In this document: positions 37,996 to 48,127 of the stretch, piece by piece
Numbering within the stretch: the stretch's first letter is position 1
How the letters are laid out: each line of letters begins with the position of its first letter
NCBI GenBank assembly: GCA_050290265.1
Contig: JBNKHI010000010.1
Span: 16,276-80,275, forward strand
DNA from: Cellvibrionaceae bacterium
Lineage (GTDB): Bacteria; Pseudomonadota; Gammaproteobacteria; Pseudomonadales; Cellvibrionaceae
DNA: 64,000 nucleotides
Reading direction: 5' to 3'
The notes under the pieces: generated by a model
Databases searched by the model: none
The model's input: the letters and a program-made list of their open reading frames with translations, nothing else
What the model was told of the DNA's origin: nothing
Made by a program: the position numbers and the translations under genes

Positions 37996-38643
37996 CTACT
38001 CTGACCGGTACACTGAGCGGTTCATAAAAATCAGACGAGGGAAATTTTCAGTGGCATGGTGATACACATTAATTCGGCTGATACCGGCGTAGGGTATATC
38101 GATTCGGGTAACATGATTTAAATCCATATTTAATGCCCAACCAATTAACGCACGAATCGTCACACCATGTTGCACCAACAATAAATGTTTACCGCGATGT
38201 TGTTCCAGGAGCTGATCCAGAGCCGGTAACATACGTGCCTGAAGCTGCGCGATAGATTCACCATTGGGCGGCGACACATGTGCTGGATTATTATAAAAAG
38301 CTGCTACTGCCTCCGGATGCTGTTCACTGATGTGAGCGATATCCTGTCCTTCCCAATCACCAAAATGCATTTCTCTAAAGTCGTCCACAATATCCAGCGG
38401 CAATGCATATTCGTCAGCTTTCGTCTGCGCAAACAAACGGCAGCGCTGTAATGGCGAGCTCACAATATGCTGCCATGGTGGTGTATCCGTATGTCGGCAT
38501 TCACCTGCAAGCGCCTCATTCATTTGTTGCCAACCGCGCTCACTCAACAACACATCGGTACTACCGCGATAAATCTCACCGCCCTCACAAGTACCATGGC
38601 GTAATAAATCCAGCGTTGTTACCACGTCGGTTTGAGTTCTCAT
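37996..38643 (-). CDS. cobC: Histidine-phosphatase family; alpha-ribazole phosphatase
   Basis: LLRHGTCEGG...RGSTDVLLSERG and HGVTIRA. Located in the B12 operon. Confidence 0.8.
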   Translation of the reverse strand: MRTQTDVVTTLDLLRHGTCEGGEIYRGSTDVLLSERGWQQMNEALAGECRHTDTPPWQHIVSSPLQRCRLFAQTKADEYALPLDIVDDFREMHFGDWEGQDIAHISEQHPEAVAAFYNNPAHVSPPNGESIAQLQARMLPALDQLLEQHRGKHLLLVQHGVTIRALIGWALNMDLNHVTRIDIPYAGISRINVYHHATENFPRLIFMNRSVYRSE

Positions 38644-38693
38644 ATTGAACGCTCACTTTTTCAAAAATAAAGTCAGATTTATCGTTCCATCAT

Positions 38694-39473
38694 CTAAGCG
38701 TGAATCACCATTGGTTTGCCCGTTTGAGGATGCGCCATTAGCTGAACATCCACCTCAAACACCTGGCGTATATTGTCCACAGTAAAAACGCTGTAGCTGT
38801 CTCCTTGCGCTACAGTTTGCCCAGCTTTCAGTAATAAAACCTGATCTGCATACTGCGCCGCTAAATTAAGATCATGCAGTATGACTAACACGCCAACACC
38901 TTGCATTGCCATGTGTTGCGCGGTTGCCAATGCCAAATGCTGATGGGCCAGATCCAATGCAGACGTAGGTTCGTCTAACAGCAGATAACGTGCGCCAAGT
39001 TCAGACGCCTCCCACACTTGTGCCAGTACTCGCGCCAAATGCACACGCTGTTTCTCACCACCAGACAAGGTCATGTAGCTGCGCTGTCGCAAATGTTCTG
39101 CATCCACTTGTGCAATAACTTGCTCAACAATCTCATGGTCGCGCTGTTGCCCGGAGCTGTGCGGATACCGCCCCAATGCAATGACATCCTCCACCGTAAA
39201 TGGAAAATGTAAACCCGAGTGTTGCGGCAGCACTGCAATAAGCTGAGCACGCTCACGGGCTGACCATTTTGACAAGTCTTTGTGTTGCAATGTTACGGCG
39301 CCGGCAGTGGGTGCTAGTTCGCCACTAAGCAATTTAAGCAGCGATGTTTTACCAGAACCATTAGGCCCTACCACAGCCGTCACCGTACCCGGTGCGAGGG
39401 TTACATCAACCTTTACCAATAGCGGGCAGCCAGCAATAGCAAATGATAATCCCGACGCTTTTAGCATAAACAA
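38694..39473 (-). CDS. btuD: ABC transporter ATP-binding protein (BtuD/FecE type)
   Basis: Walker A GPNGSGKTS, signature LSGGEKQR, Walker B LLLDEPTSALD. Confidence 0.9.
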   Translation of the reverse strand: MFMLKASGLSFAIAGCPLLVKVDVTLAPGTVTAVVGPNGSGKTSLLKLLSGELAPTAGAVTLQHKDLSKWSARERAQLIAVLPQHSGLHFPFTVEDVIALGRYPHSSGQQRDHEIVEQVIAQVDAEHLRQRSYMTLSGGEKQRVHLARVLAQVWEASELGARYLLLDEPTSALDLAHQHLALATAQHMAMQGVGVLVILHDLNLAAQYADQVLLLKAGQTVAQGDSYSVFTVDNIRQVFEVDVQLMAHPQTGKPMVIHA

Positions 39474-39491
39474 CTCTTCACAAGGAGTAGA

Positions 39492-40613
39492 TTAAGAGAG
39501 TGCCAAACGGTGGCGCTGCTGCAACAGCAAGCCAATAAAAAAAGGAGCACCCAATACGGCAGTAATAATGCCAATTGGAATTTCCGCCGGCGCAGCCAAC
39601 GTACGCGCCAGCGTATCAGCCAGTACCAGCAACAGCGCCCCCAATAATGCTGAGGCTGGCATTAACCAACGGTGATCCGGCCCTATGAGCAAACGCACTA
39701 AATGCGGAACGACCAATCCAACAAAACCAATAATGCCAGCCATGGCCACCGCAACACCAACACCTAATGCCGTTAAGGTAATGAGCTGCCATTTGAGTCG
39801 ATCTACGGCCACACCTAAATGTCGCGCTTCAGATTCGCCGAGCAGCAATACATTTAATGCTCCCGCATAACGAATTAAGGCAATGATAACCAACAGTATG
39901 ACAACGCTGGCAAGCATCAGCTGTGACCAGCTAATGCCATCAAAACTACCCATCTGCCATAACGTAATTTTGCGCAATTGGCTGTCACTGGCAACATAAG
40001 TAAAACTGCTGATAATCGCAGCCGCTAATGCATTCACGGCAATCCCTGCCAGTAACATTGTACTCACGGAAATTCTTCCGACCCCTGAGCCACTGAGACG
40101 TGATGCTGCGCAGCCCAATCGATAGACAACCAATGTTGCTATAAAACCACCGATAAAAGCAGACAACGCCACAAAACCCATTTGCCAGACGCTGTCGTTG
40201 GCAAAAACAAGGGCACTGTGGCCCGACAGCACGGTGCCGCCGACAATGGCTGCACTGGCACCCACAGCCGCACCACCGGATACACCGATCAAAGATGGGT
40301 CTGCGAGTGGATTGCGAAACAACCCTTGCATGGTGGCACCACTCACTGCCAGACAACCGCCAACCAACGCAGCCATCAGCACTCGCGGCCAGCGAATAAC
40401 AGTTAAAATCAAATCCTGTTGTGGCGTAACAGGCGTGTCGCTAAAGCCCAAATGATAGGCCAGAAACTGCCCGTGATCGGCCCAGCTGATAGGCACCAGA
40501 CCGCTGCCGCTAGCGAGTAGCAACACCAATGGCAAGAGCGCACCCAAACCAATCAGCAAACGACGTGCTTTTACATTAAGCACGTTCTGATTCATCCTTA
40601 TCGCGTTTGGCAT
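39492..40613 (-). CDS. btuC: FecCD-family permease (BtuC type)
   Basis: 373 aa with about 9-10 TM helices: [16 protein letters not shown]..., [16 protein letters not shown]. Confidence 0.9.
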   Translation of the reverse strand: MPNAIRMNQNVLNVKARRLLIGLGALLPLVLLLASGSGLVPISWADHGQFLAYHLGFSDTPVTPQQDLILTVIRWPRVLMAALVGGCLAVSGATMQGLFRNPLADPSLIGVSGGAAVGASAAIVGGTVLSGHSALVFANDSVWQMGFVALSAFIGGFIATLVVYRLGCAASRLSGSGVGRISVSTMLLAGIAVNALAAAIISSFTYVASDSQLRKITLWQMGSFDGISWSQLMLASVVILLVIIALIRYAGALNVLLLGESEARHLGVAVDRLKWQLITLTALGVGVAVAMAGIIGFVGLVVPHLVRLLIGPDHRWLMPASALLGALLLVLADTLARTLAAPAEIPIGIITAVLGAPFFIGLLLQQRHRLALS

Positions 40614-42306
40614 TTGCTGTAAATTGTTTGACTAGAGACTGTACCGGGCCTTTGCTCTCTGACTTTTCTGCTTCTGAAACTGCTTGCGTATAACCCGGTA
40701 AAAACGCGGCTACGTTAAGATTTTCTTCTATTGCATCCGCCAGGCGCTCGAGGTCTGCCTCACGGCGAGCAAAGTAGTCTGGCTGAGTTTTCACGCTCAA
40801 TCCAGCCCATTGCAGCAACGCGGTGCACGCGGTACTGCTATCAAACAAACCATGCAGATAGGTACCAATAATCTGGCCATCTTCAGAAACCGCGCCCTCT
40901 GGACCTGACGCCAACTCAATGACCGGGCGACACAACGCTGCACCACTGCTTTTGCCTGCGTGAATTTCGTAGCCTTTAACCGTTACCGGTGTAGTAACTT
41001 TATTACCGATTTTATTGCCTACGTTGTTAGCCAGCTTATTCCCGACTTTGCTACCCAGTTGAGGGCCAATCTTGACCCCGAGTTTATTCGTAATACAGCT
41101 GTAGTCTTCCAGTAGTAATTGCCCAGTGACTCGACGCAATTGCTTAATGGGTTTCAATTCGGTTTCAATCGGTAATAAACCCAGTCCTAAAGAAAAACCA
41201 GGCTCACCTTCCAGTCCGGAAGGGTCGCTGATGACATCCCCCAGCATTTGAAAACCTCCACAAAGGCCAATGAGTTTGCCGCCATAACGCAGGTGTTTGC
41301 GAATGGCAGGCTCCCACCCATTATCGCGCAGCCATTGCAAATCCTGGCGCACACTTTTACTGCCGGGCAAAATAATGAGATCCGCTGCGGGGATGGTCTC
41401 CGCGGGTCCAATAAATTGTAAATTGACCTGCGGGTGCAAACGCAATGCATCAAAGTCTGTATGATTACTGATGCGAGAAACCACAGGAACAATAACGTTA
41501 AGCTTGGGTAGTGCTGTGGCAGATTTATGATGAGCAGGCTCTTGCGCCGTGCTAATGGCATCTTCTGCGGGCAAATGAAAACCCTGTAAATAAGGCAGCA
41601 CACCCAGCACTGGCTTACCGGTTTTTTCTTCCAACCAATCTAAACCCGATTGCAACAAGCGAATATCACCGCGAAAGCGGTTAATGACAAAACCGACAAC
41701 ACGGTCTTGTTCACTTTGCGACAACAGCGCAAGGGTGCCTACCAAATGCGCAAATACGCCGCCACGGTCGATATCAGCAACCAGAATTACAGGGCAGTCT
41801 ACCGCTTCTGCAAATCCCATATTCGCAATATCTTTATCGCGTAAATTAATTTCTGCCGGACTCCCTGCACCTTCAACCACAATAGCGTGGTATCGAGATT
41901 GCAACCGCTGAAAAGAATCCAATACAGCATCCATGGCCGTGACTTTATAATCATGAAACGCTTGCGCTTCCATTTCAGAAATTGCGCGCCCCTGAATAAT
42001 CACTTGCGCACCAGTGTCACTATTCGGTTTAAGTAACACCGGATTCATATCGGTATGCGGCTCTATGCCGCAGGCTTGTGCTTGCACGGCTTGTGAACGG
42101 CCAATTTCACCACCATCCTCGGTCACAGCACTGTTTAATGCCATGTTTTGTGGTTTAAAAGGGGCAACGCTAATACCTTTGCGCGCCAGAACACGGCACA
42201 ACCCGGCCACCAGCATCGATTTACCGGCGTCGGACGTGGTGCCCTGCACCATTAAAACGGAGCCCTGCACAATTCCCGGATGATTTTTCTTATCGCGTTC
42301 AGCCAT
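40576..42306 (-). CDS. cobQ: Cobyric acid synthase with repeat insertion and C-terminal extension
   Basis: [13 protein letters not shown], the [13 protein letters not shown] region and the GATase domain [10 protein letters not shown]...GYEIHAG. Its start overlaps the cobO stop (TAATG) and its 3' end overlaps btuC by 38 nt. Confidence 0.92.
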   Translation of the reverse strand: MAERDKKNHPGIVQGSVLMVQGTTSDAGKSMLVAGLCRVLARKGISVAPFKPQNMALNSAVTEDGGEIGRSQAVQAQACGIEPHTDMNPVLLKPNSDTGAQVIIQGRAISEMEAQAFHDYKVTAMDAVLDSFQRLQSRYHAIVVEGAGSPAEINLRDKDIANMGFAEAVDCPVILVADIDRGGVFAHLVGTLALLSQSEQDRVVGFVINRFRGDIRLLQSGLDWLEEKTGKPVLGVLPYLQGFHLPAEDAISTAQEPAHHKSATALPKLNVIVPVVSRISNHTDFDALRLHPQVNLQFIGPAETIPAADLIILPGSKSVRQDLQWLRDNGWEPAIRKHLRYGGKLIGLCGGFQMLGDVISDPSGLEGEPGFSLGLGLLPIETELKPIKQLRRVTGQLLLEDYSCITNKLGVKIGPQLGSKVGNKLANNVGNKIGNKVTTPVTVKGYEIHAGKSSGAALCRPVIELASGPEGAVSEDGQIIGTYLHGLFDSSTACTALLQWAGLSVKTQPDYFARREADLERLADAIEENLNVAAFLPGYTQAVSEAEKSESKGPVQSLVKQFTANAKRDKDESERA

Positions 42307-42917
42307 TAAAAATCAACTCCTTTGCGCGCTTTAATACCAGCGTGATACGCATGCTTTATGTCTTTTACTTCAGATACCGTATCTGCAAGCGCCTGCAAAC
42401 CACTCCCGCCGCCACGCCCGGTCACTACAACACTCATCGAGGCCGGACGTTCACGCAAGGCTTTTAGAATAACCTCTTCTTCTAAATACTGATAACCGAT
42501 CATGTAGGTCAGTTCATCAAGTAATACCAAGTCGTAACTGGGATCTTTTAGCATACGTTCCGCCACAGCCCAGGTTCGCTCGGCGGCGGCAATATCACTG
42601 CTGCGATCTTGTGTATCCCAGGTAAAGCCTGTGCCCATCTGGTAAAAGTCTTGCGCCGGCAAATGCTTTTTCAAATACAGCTCTTCGCCGGACAATTGCA
42701 CACCTTTAATAAACTGCACAACGCCAACTTTTTGCTCATGGCCCAGAGCTCGCATCACCATACCAAAACCAGAAGTACTTTTACCTTTGCCGTTACCCGT
42801 CAGTAAAATAAACACGGCCTGATCTGCTGTTGCGGCGGCGATACCCGCATCAACCTTGGCCTTATGCTTTTCCATCTTCTTTTTATGAGTTGAATGTTTG
42901 TCACTATGATCGGACAT
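42306..42917 (-). CDS. cobO: Cob(I)yrinic acid a,c-diamide adenosyltransferase
   Basis: [38 protein letters not shown]. Confidence 0.92.
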   Translation of the reverse strand: MSDHSDKHSTHKKKMEKHKAKVDAGIAAATADQAVFILLTGNGKGKSTSGFGMVMRALGHEQKVGVVQFIKGVQLSGEELYLKKHLPAQDFYQMGTGFTWDTQDRSSDIAAAERTWAVAERMLKDPSYDLVLLDELTYMIGYQYLEEEVILKALRERPASMSVVVTGRGGGSGLQALADTVSEVKDIKHAYHAGIKARKGVDF

Positions 42918-42951
42918 ATCGTCTATTTCTCATGCAAAAAGTGAAGCCACA

Positions 42952-42983
42952 GCAGAGTTAACACGCACTGCGGTTAACTCTGC
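42952..42983 (-). terminator. Intercistronic 11-bp hairpin between btuB and cobO (possible partial terminator or stability element)
   Basis: gcagagttaac (42952-42962) / gttaactctgc (42973-42983). On the minus strand a UUUUU run follows about 10 nt later. Confidence 0.45.
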
Positions 42984-42996
42984 ACAGTCCAGGGCC

Positions 42997-44862
42997 TTAA
43001 AAACTGAATCGAACCCCGGCATAAGCTGCCGCACCCGCGACGTTGTAATTACTCACTTCCTGATAATTTTCATCCGTCGCATTTTCAACACGCACAAACA
43101 CTTCTGTAGCATTTGTTACATGATACAAAGCGCGAATATCCAGTGTTTCATAGTCGTCCAGCGTTACATTACCCACATCGATAACATCGCGGACAAAATG
43201 CCAGTTGCTTGAAATCGATAATTTATCGGGCACGAGGTAATAGGTTAAACCAATATTGCCTTGATGCACTGGTCGCCGAACCCTATCTTCACCGGTATTG
43301 GTGTCGGAGTCGTTATAGGTATAGTTGGTATAGAAAAACAAAACATCTTTAATCGGCATATCGAACGACACTTCAACACCAGTGGAGCGACTTTCACCAC
43401 TGGCTTGTAAATAACCACCAGAAACAAAATCGTAGATGATTTCATCATTGATACGCTGATCAAAGTACACCAGTTCAGCATGTAGCCCCTGAGCACCAAT
43501 ATATTCAATGCCGGCATCATAGCCTTTGCTGGTTTCCTCACTTGGAGTTGTATTTAAAGCGGGCGCAAACACCCACGGTGTATAGTTATACGCGCTCTCA
43601 TACAGACTCGGTGCGCGAAAGCCAGTACCGTAGCTGGTCTTGTACTTTATGGCATCGCCATTCTTCAAATCCTGCACATAGGCAGCAGTCACGCGATAGC
43701 TGGTATGTTTTCCAAAATCGTCGTTATCGTCTTGCCGCACGCCCGCAGTAAAATAAATATCATCCAGCAACTGGCTTTGTGCTTCCACAAAATAACCTAA
43801 TTGCTCGCGTTCGCTATCGCCATTGTATGTACCAAAACTCTGTTCTTTTTCGTTTTCGATACCAAAGACTAACGCCATATTATCTTGTAATTTAACGCTA
43901 CCTAAATATTCAACTTTTTCGCGCTCACCATTATTGAAATAAGATTCAACACCATCAGTAAAATTAGTGCGTTCAATATCCGTAATGTTATAAGCGAGGG
44001 TATGGGTAAATGTGGCATCGGTGTAGAGCAATGCAAAACGCTCTATCGTTTGCTCGTAGTCAGTGCGCAAATCATTGCTACCAAAGCTACTGTCGTACGC
44101 CGAATCTGCTTCTGTTTTGCGCAGTACAGTTTCTGCCCGCCAATGGTCATTCAGATTTAAACCTGCTTTTAGATGAGCCGTCTGGTTATCATAGCCATCT
44201 TTATCTGCCAAAACGGTATCCGTTTTCAAAGCATTAAAACCGTCGGTTTGAAAATCAGACAACGACAAATACACATCACCGTGCGCGTTACCTGCGCCGA
44301 CATAGCCATTTATCAACCGCGAGTCATAGCGTCCCGCTTCGATAGTAACGCCGCCATTAACACCGTCTTTCACCGTATTGCTGGTAATATTGACGACACC
44401 TCCCGCATCTGCGCCATACATCATACCCTGCGGACCACGCAAAATTTCGATGCGGGCAATATCACTACTTAACACATGCTGTAACTGGGGGCTGACCTGT
44501 GTACCCGTGGGGTCGGACACTTCTACGCCATCAATAATCACCAAGGTACGATAGCCCTCTTCACCGCGAATGCGCAGTGCAGTTTGCTTACCTTGCCCTC
44601 CGGCATTCGATACGCCAATGGCAGTCTGGTTACGCAATACATCAGGAATCGACACAAAACCGCGTGCCCGGATATCATCAGCGGTTAACACTGAGACGCT
44701 GGAACCCACTTGTCGCAGTGGCATAGGCATACGACTGGCAGAGACAACAATTTCTTCCAGATAACGGTCAGTAAAAGCCTGTGAATCAGCAGCGGGGTTA
44801 CTTTCTGCGGCAATAGCAGTACCGACACCAGCCAATAGGTAAAGGGGGATAAATTTTTTCAT
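42997..44862 (-). CDS. btuB: TonB-dependent vitamin B12 receptor
   Basis: Signal peptide, TonB-box region EEIVVSASR, plug domain and terminal RFSF. It is the first gene behind a cobalamin riboswitch. Confidence 0.92.
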   Translation of the reverse strand: MKKFIPLYLLAGVGTAIAAESNPAADSQAFTDRYLEEIVVSASRMPMPLRQVGSSVSVLTADDIRARGFVSIPDVLRNQTAIGVSNAGGQGKQTALRIRGEEGYRTLVIIDGVEVSDPTGTQVSPQLQHVLSSDIARIEILRGPQGMMYGADAGGVVNITSNTVKDGVNGGVTIEAGRYDSRLINGYVGAGNAHGDVYLSLSDFQTDGFNALKTDTVLADKDGYDNQTAHLKAGLNLNDHWRAETVLRKTEADSAYDSSFGSNDLRTDYEQTIERFALLYTDATFTHTLAYNITDIERTNFTDGVESYFNNGEREKVEYLGSVKLQDNMALVFGIENEKEQSFGTYNGDSEREQLGYFVEAQSQLLDDIYFTAGVRQDDNDDFGKHTSYRVTAAYVQDLKNGDAIKYKTSYGTGFRAPSLYESAYNYTPWVFAPALNTTPSEETSKGYDAGIEYIGAQGLHAELVYFDQRINDEIIYDFVSGGYLQASGESRSTGVEVSFDMPIKDVLFFYTNYTYNDSDTNTGEDRVRRPVHQGNIGLTYYLVPDKLSISSNWHFVRDVIDVGNVTLDDYETLDIRALYHVTNATEVFVRVENATDENYQEVSNYNVAGAAAYAGVRFSF

Positions 44863-44984
44863 AGGTCCTCAATTCAATAAAATTAAAATTGACCTACGAT
44901 CTAGAGAGGGAGCGTGGAATAGCCAGTGGACTGAAACTGCAGATTAATACCGCGCATCAACATTACGGTCTGGAAGCAGTAGTC

Positions 44985-45175
44985 AGAACCTCAAGAAATT
45001 TCACCGATGAAGCCCTCCGCAACATCGTAGTTCTGACCAGGCCGGTTCCGGACTCGTGACATGCATACGCACAATCACTTTACCGTTGCGGGGGCAGTGT
45101 TGGAATCACATACTTAGCGGTTATTACCGTTTAGCACGCATACCAAACTTCCCGTTTACCCCATCCCCTTTATCA
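44985..45175 (-). promoter_or_regulatory. Cobalamin (B12) riboswitch
   Basis: The minus-strand RNA contains AAACGGGAAGUUUGGU (45142-45157), GUGAUUCCAACACUGCCCCCGCAACGGUAAAG (45078-45109) and the B12 box GAGUCCGGAACCGGCC (45040-45055). Boundaries are approximate. Confidence 0.85.
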
Positions 45176-45405
45176 CAAACGTTAATGTGTAAATCACAGT
45201 CATAACGCTGCCTAAATGATGGGCACCTGAACAGAGTTGGCAGCCCCAAGCTTCTTACGACCCAGGTCTGCCAAGTGGCCTAGTATAAACAATCCACAGT
45301 CTAATTGCTCTTTGACTTTCACACTTTTTCCAAATACAGGATAATGCCCGCCCGTTAGCACCGACTAAACAATGCGTTACTGAAAGATATAAAAGAGAGT
45401 AAACC

Positions 45406-45750
45406 ATGACCCCAGCCGAACTTATCAGCCAACTGCGTAGCAATGCCGACAGTATTGAATTTGCCGATGTGATCGACGTGATTACCGAGCACTACAACTA
45501 CACGCCGACCCGTTTCAGTAATGGAGAAGTGACCAACGAAGCAGGTACCAATGAAGGCTCCTGCAAAATTTTTGCATTTGCCCAGCTTAACCAACTGAGT
45601 GAAACTGAAACACTGGCACTGTTTGGAAAATACTATCGTGACGATGTCATGGGCAACCCAGCCGGTGAGGACCACGCAAATATTCGCAACTTCATTTTAG
45701 ACGGCTGGCTCGGCATCAAATTTGATCAAGAAGCATTAAGCCTCAAATAA
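45406..45750 (+). CDS. HopJ (type III effector HopPmaJ) family protein
   Basis: 114 aa: FADVIDVITEHYNYTPTRFSNG...NEGSCKIFAFAQLN...HANIRNF. Confidence 0.8.
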   Translation: MTPAELISQLRSNADSIEFADVIDVITEHYNYTPTRFSNGEVTNEAGTNEGSCKIFAFAQLNQLSETETLALFGKYYRDDVMGNPAGEDHANIRNFILDGWLGIKFDQEALSLK

Positions 45751-45826
45751 CTCGAACCCAGCCTTCGTGTTCTCTGACTGCCAACCTACCGGCCAATCAG
45801 AGAACACAAAAATCAACGCATACAGA

Positions 45827-46087
45827 TCAAATCAAGCTAACCGTTTTTGCTTCAGAGCGTTCGATCATTTTCACAATCGCTGACTGAATAAATTCATCCT
45901 CACGAGCATTGTCCTTACTTTGAAATCGTTGCTCCATGGGTTCGGCACCTTCTTCAGCGACAAAAGTTACAGTAACAGTGCTGCCCGCTCCACTCTCGTC
46001 AGAATAAGAAATGGATATTTCTGGATATCCTTGAAATCCCATCTTCACCCGCTTGGCAATTCTCTTTTTCGATTTATCCAAATTCAT
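45827..46087 (-). CDS. Hypothetical protein (86 aa)
   Basis: ORF track only. No family recognised. Confidence 0.45.
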   Translation of the reverse strand: MNLDKSKKRIAKRVKMGFQGYPEISISYSDESGAGSTVTVTFVAEEGAEPMEQRFQSKDNAREDEFIQSAIVKMIERSEAKTVSLI

Positions 46088-46188
46088 CTATGGTTCTCTA
46101 TGTAGGAAGCTGCTGGCTGAACAGCTCTTGGGAATTCTAAGCCTGAAATCTAACCGCTAATCCTAAGCATGCCAGCGTTGCCGGCTAT

Positions 46189-46232
46189 TTGATAGTGACA
46201 TCTTGATAACCCTTTGATAACGCTATTGATAA
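46189..46232 (+). promoter_or_regulatory. Four phased direct repeats TTGATA(A) upstream of the MFS gene
   Basis: TTGATA at 46189 and TTGATAA at 46203, 46214 and 46226 (spacing 14/11/12 nt), about 100-140 nt upstream of the ATG at 46330. Confidence 0.5.
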
Positions 46233-46329
46233 ATCGCAATGCCGCCCATTATCACTTTGGTATATTGGAATAGCATTTTTTGCTGATCATCAGTGCTCAC
46301 ACCACCGCCCTTATTCAACAGGATTTAGC

Positions 46330-47712
46330 ATGATCTCCAGTACACCTACGGTATTACCAACTAGCGCAAGCCCTCGCAAGCCAATTGAATTTAGCGGATA
46401 CCCAGACTGCATCCAGAAACTGCGTGCCCTGATCAGCGATAAACCGATGGCTCCCCTGCAAATATTGGTCGTGACACTGTGTTTTATACTAAACATGCTG
46501 GATGGCATGGACGTAGTATTGATGTCTTATGCTGCACCGGTACTGGCCTCTGAATGGGAAATCCCAGCCGCTGCGCTGGGTGCAGTGTTCAGTGCTGCAC
46601 TCATTGGTATGACCGCTGGTTGCCTCGTGCTAGCACCCTACGCCGATATCATCGGCCGCCGAAAAATGATTTTAATATCAGTATTCGTTATCGCCATTGG
46701 CATGTTGTTGTCCGCACTTAGCAAGAACATACTGCAACTCTCAGCAGCACGGGTTTTCACCGGCTTGGGCCTGGGAGCGATCCTTCCCAGTATGGCAGCA
46801 ATGGCAACCGAGTTTTCATCCGAACAACGGCGCAACCTATCGGTCACCTTTGTTCAGGCTGCCTACCCTATTGGCGCGGTGATCACTGGCTTTGCTGCCG
46901 CTAACATCATGCCGGTACAGGGTTGGCAACCCATGTTCTTCTGGGCCGCCGCGATGACGGGAATCATGCTGCCCATTATTTATTTTTTAATGCCTGAGTC
47001 GTTGGAGTTTTTAGCCAAGAAACAACCCCGTAACGCACTGCAAAAAATCAACAAAACGCTGGAACAGCTTAACGCCCCCAACTTAAGAGAATTGCCAGAA
47101 CAACCCATAGATGCTCACCAAAAAACCAAAGTTTCAGCCCTGTTTTCAGGGCAACGAAAATACTCCACCATCATGCTGTGGTTAAGCTTTATGTTTTCGT
47201 TCTTCACACTTTATTTTGTCATTAGCTGGATACCCAAAATTGCGGTGGATGCAGGCTTACCCTTGGACAAAAGTATTTATGCTGGCACGGCTTATAACGC
47301 TGGATCGTTTGCAGGCAGTATTTTTCTAGGCTGGATTTCTGCACGATTCGGTCTGCAAAAAGTTATCTTCGTATTCTTCGCCATTGCTGCAGTAACACTG
47401 ATGATCTTTGGCTCAGTCAGTATGACGGTATTTTTTATTCTGCTGGTCGCATTCGTCATTGGCATTACGGTAAACGGCGGGTTTAACGGCCTATATCCCT
47501 TGGCTGCGCGCCTGTACCCCACAGAAATCCGTGCAACCGGTGTTGGCTGGGCAGCAGGTGCTGCTCGTGCAGGTGCTGTATTAGGCCCGTTGGTGGGCGG
47601 GTATTTACTGCAATCAGGAGTGGGTTTAGCCGTTACATTTGCCGTTTTTGCTGTACCTATTTTTCTGTCTGGCGTTGCTGCCTGGTATATCCGCACCAGC
47701 GATTTTGCCTAG
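46330..47712 (+). CDS. MFS transporter, aromatic acid:H+ symporter (AAHS/PcaK-like) family
   Basis: 460 aa with 12 TM helices: DGMDVVLMSYAAP, PYADIIGRRK, the FTGLGLGAILP region, and PTEIRATGVGWA. Confidence 0.87.
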   Translation: MISSTPTVLPTSASPRKPIEFSGYPDCIQKLRALISDKPMAPLQILVVTLCFILNMLDGMDVVLMSYAAPVLASEWEIPAAALGAVFSAALIGMTAGCLVLAPYADIIGRRKMILISVFVIAIGMLLSALSKNILQLSAARVFTGLGLGAILPSMAAMATEFSSEQRRNLSVTFVQAAYPIGAVITGFAAANIMPVQGWQPMFFWAAAMTGIMLPIIYFLMPESLEFLAKKQPRNALQKINKTLEQLNAPNLRELPEQPIDAHQKTKVSALFSGQRKYSTIMLWLSFMFSFFTLYFVISWIPKIAVDAGLPLDKSIYAGTAYNAGSFAGSIFLGWISARFGLQKVIFVFFAIAAVTLMIFGSVSMTVFFILLVAFVIGITVNGGFNGLYPLAARLYPTEIRATGVGWAAGAARAGAVLGPLVGGYLLQSGVGLAVTFAVFAVPIFLSGVAAWYIRTSDFA

Positions 47713-48127
47713 CACGTCGACGTTCAACGATATTTTTTTGACAAAGCACTTTTAATCACACCAGCACTTAGCAAAACAACCTGTTTTTAACCAGCAGCAG
47801 ATACCATGTACTGGCAACGTAGTGTTATCCCGACGGCTGTCACCGGTGATGGCCGCCCTATTTAACCGGCAAAAACCGTACACCTCTATTGGGTTATATA
47901 AAATAATCAGTCAACAGATTAGTATTCATTCAGTATCTATCTATGCCAATACCTATGCAAACCCAATACATATAAACCCAGTACCTATATAAACCTAGCA
48001 TCTATGAAAATCCGCTATATACAGACTAGGCGTCGAGGGTTGCAGATAAAACCAGAAGCATGACCAGTTTAAGCACTCGAATAACAATGAATGAGTAATC
48101 TCAATAATTATCGAAAACAGGAGAATA

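Noticed and set aside
39018-44764. Overlapping ORFs inside btuD, btuC, cobQ, cobO and btuB
   Set aside because: They are shadow ORFs within well-supported B12-operon genes.
45255-45675. Minus-strand ORFs of 62 aa (45255-45443) and 106 aa (45355-45675)
   Set aside because: They lie just upstream of the cobalamin riboswitch (promoter/leader region of the btuB operon) and antisense to the HopJ-family gene, and they have no homology.
45767-45807. 11-bp inverted repeat gtgttctctga ... tcagagaacac after the HopJ gene, as a terminator
   Set aside because: It has a 19-nt loop and no U-tract on either strand. It may still be a structural or processing element, but it is not a supported intrinsic terminator.
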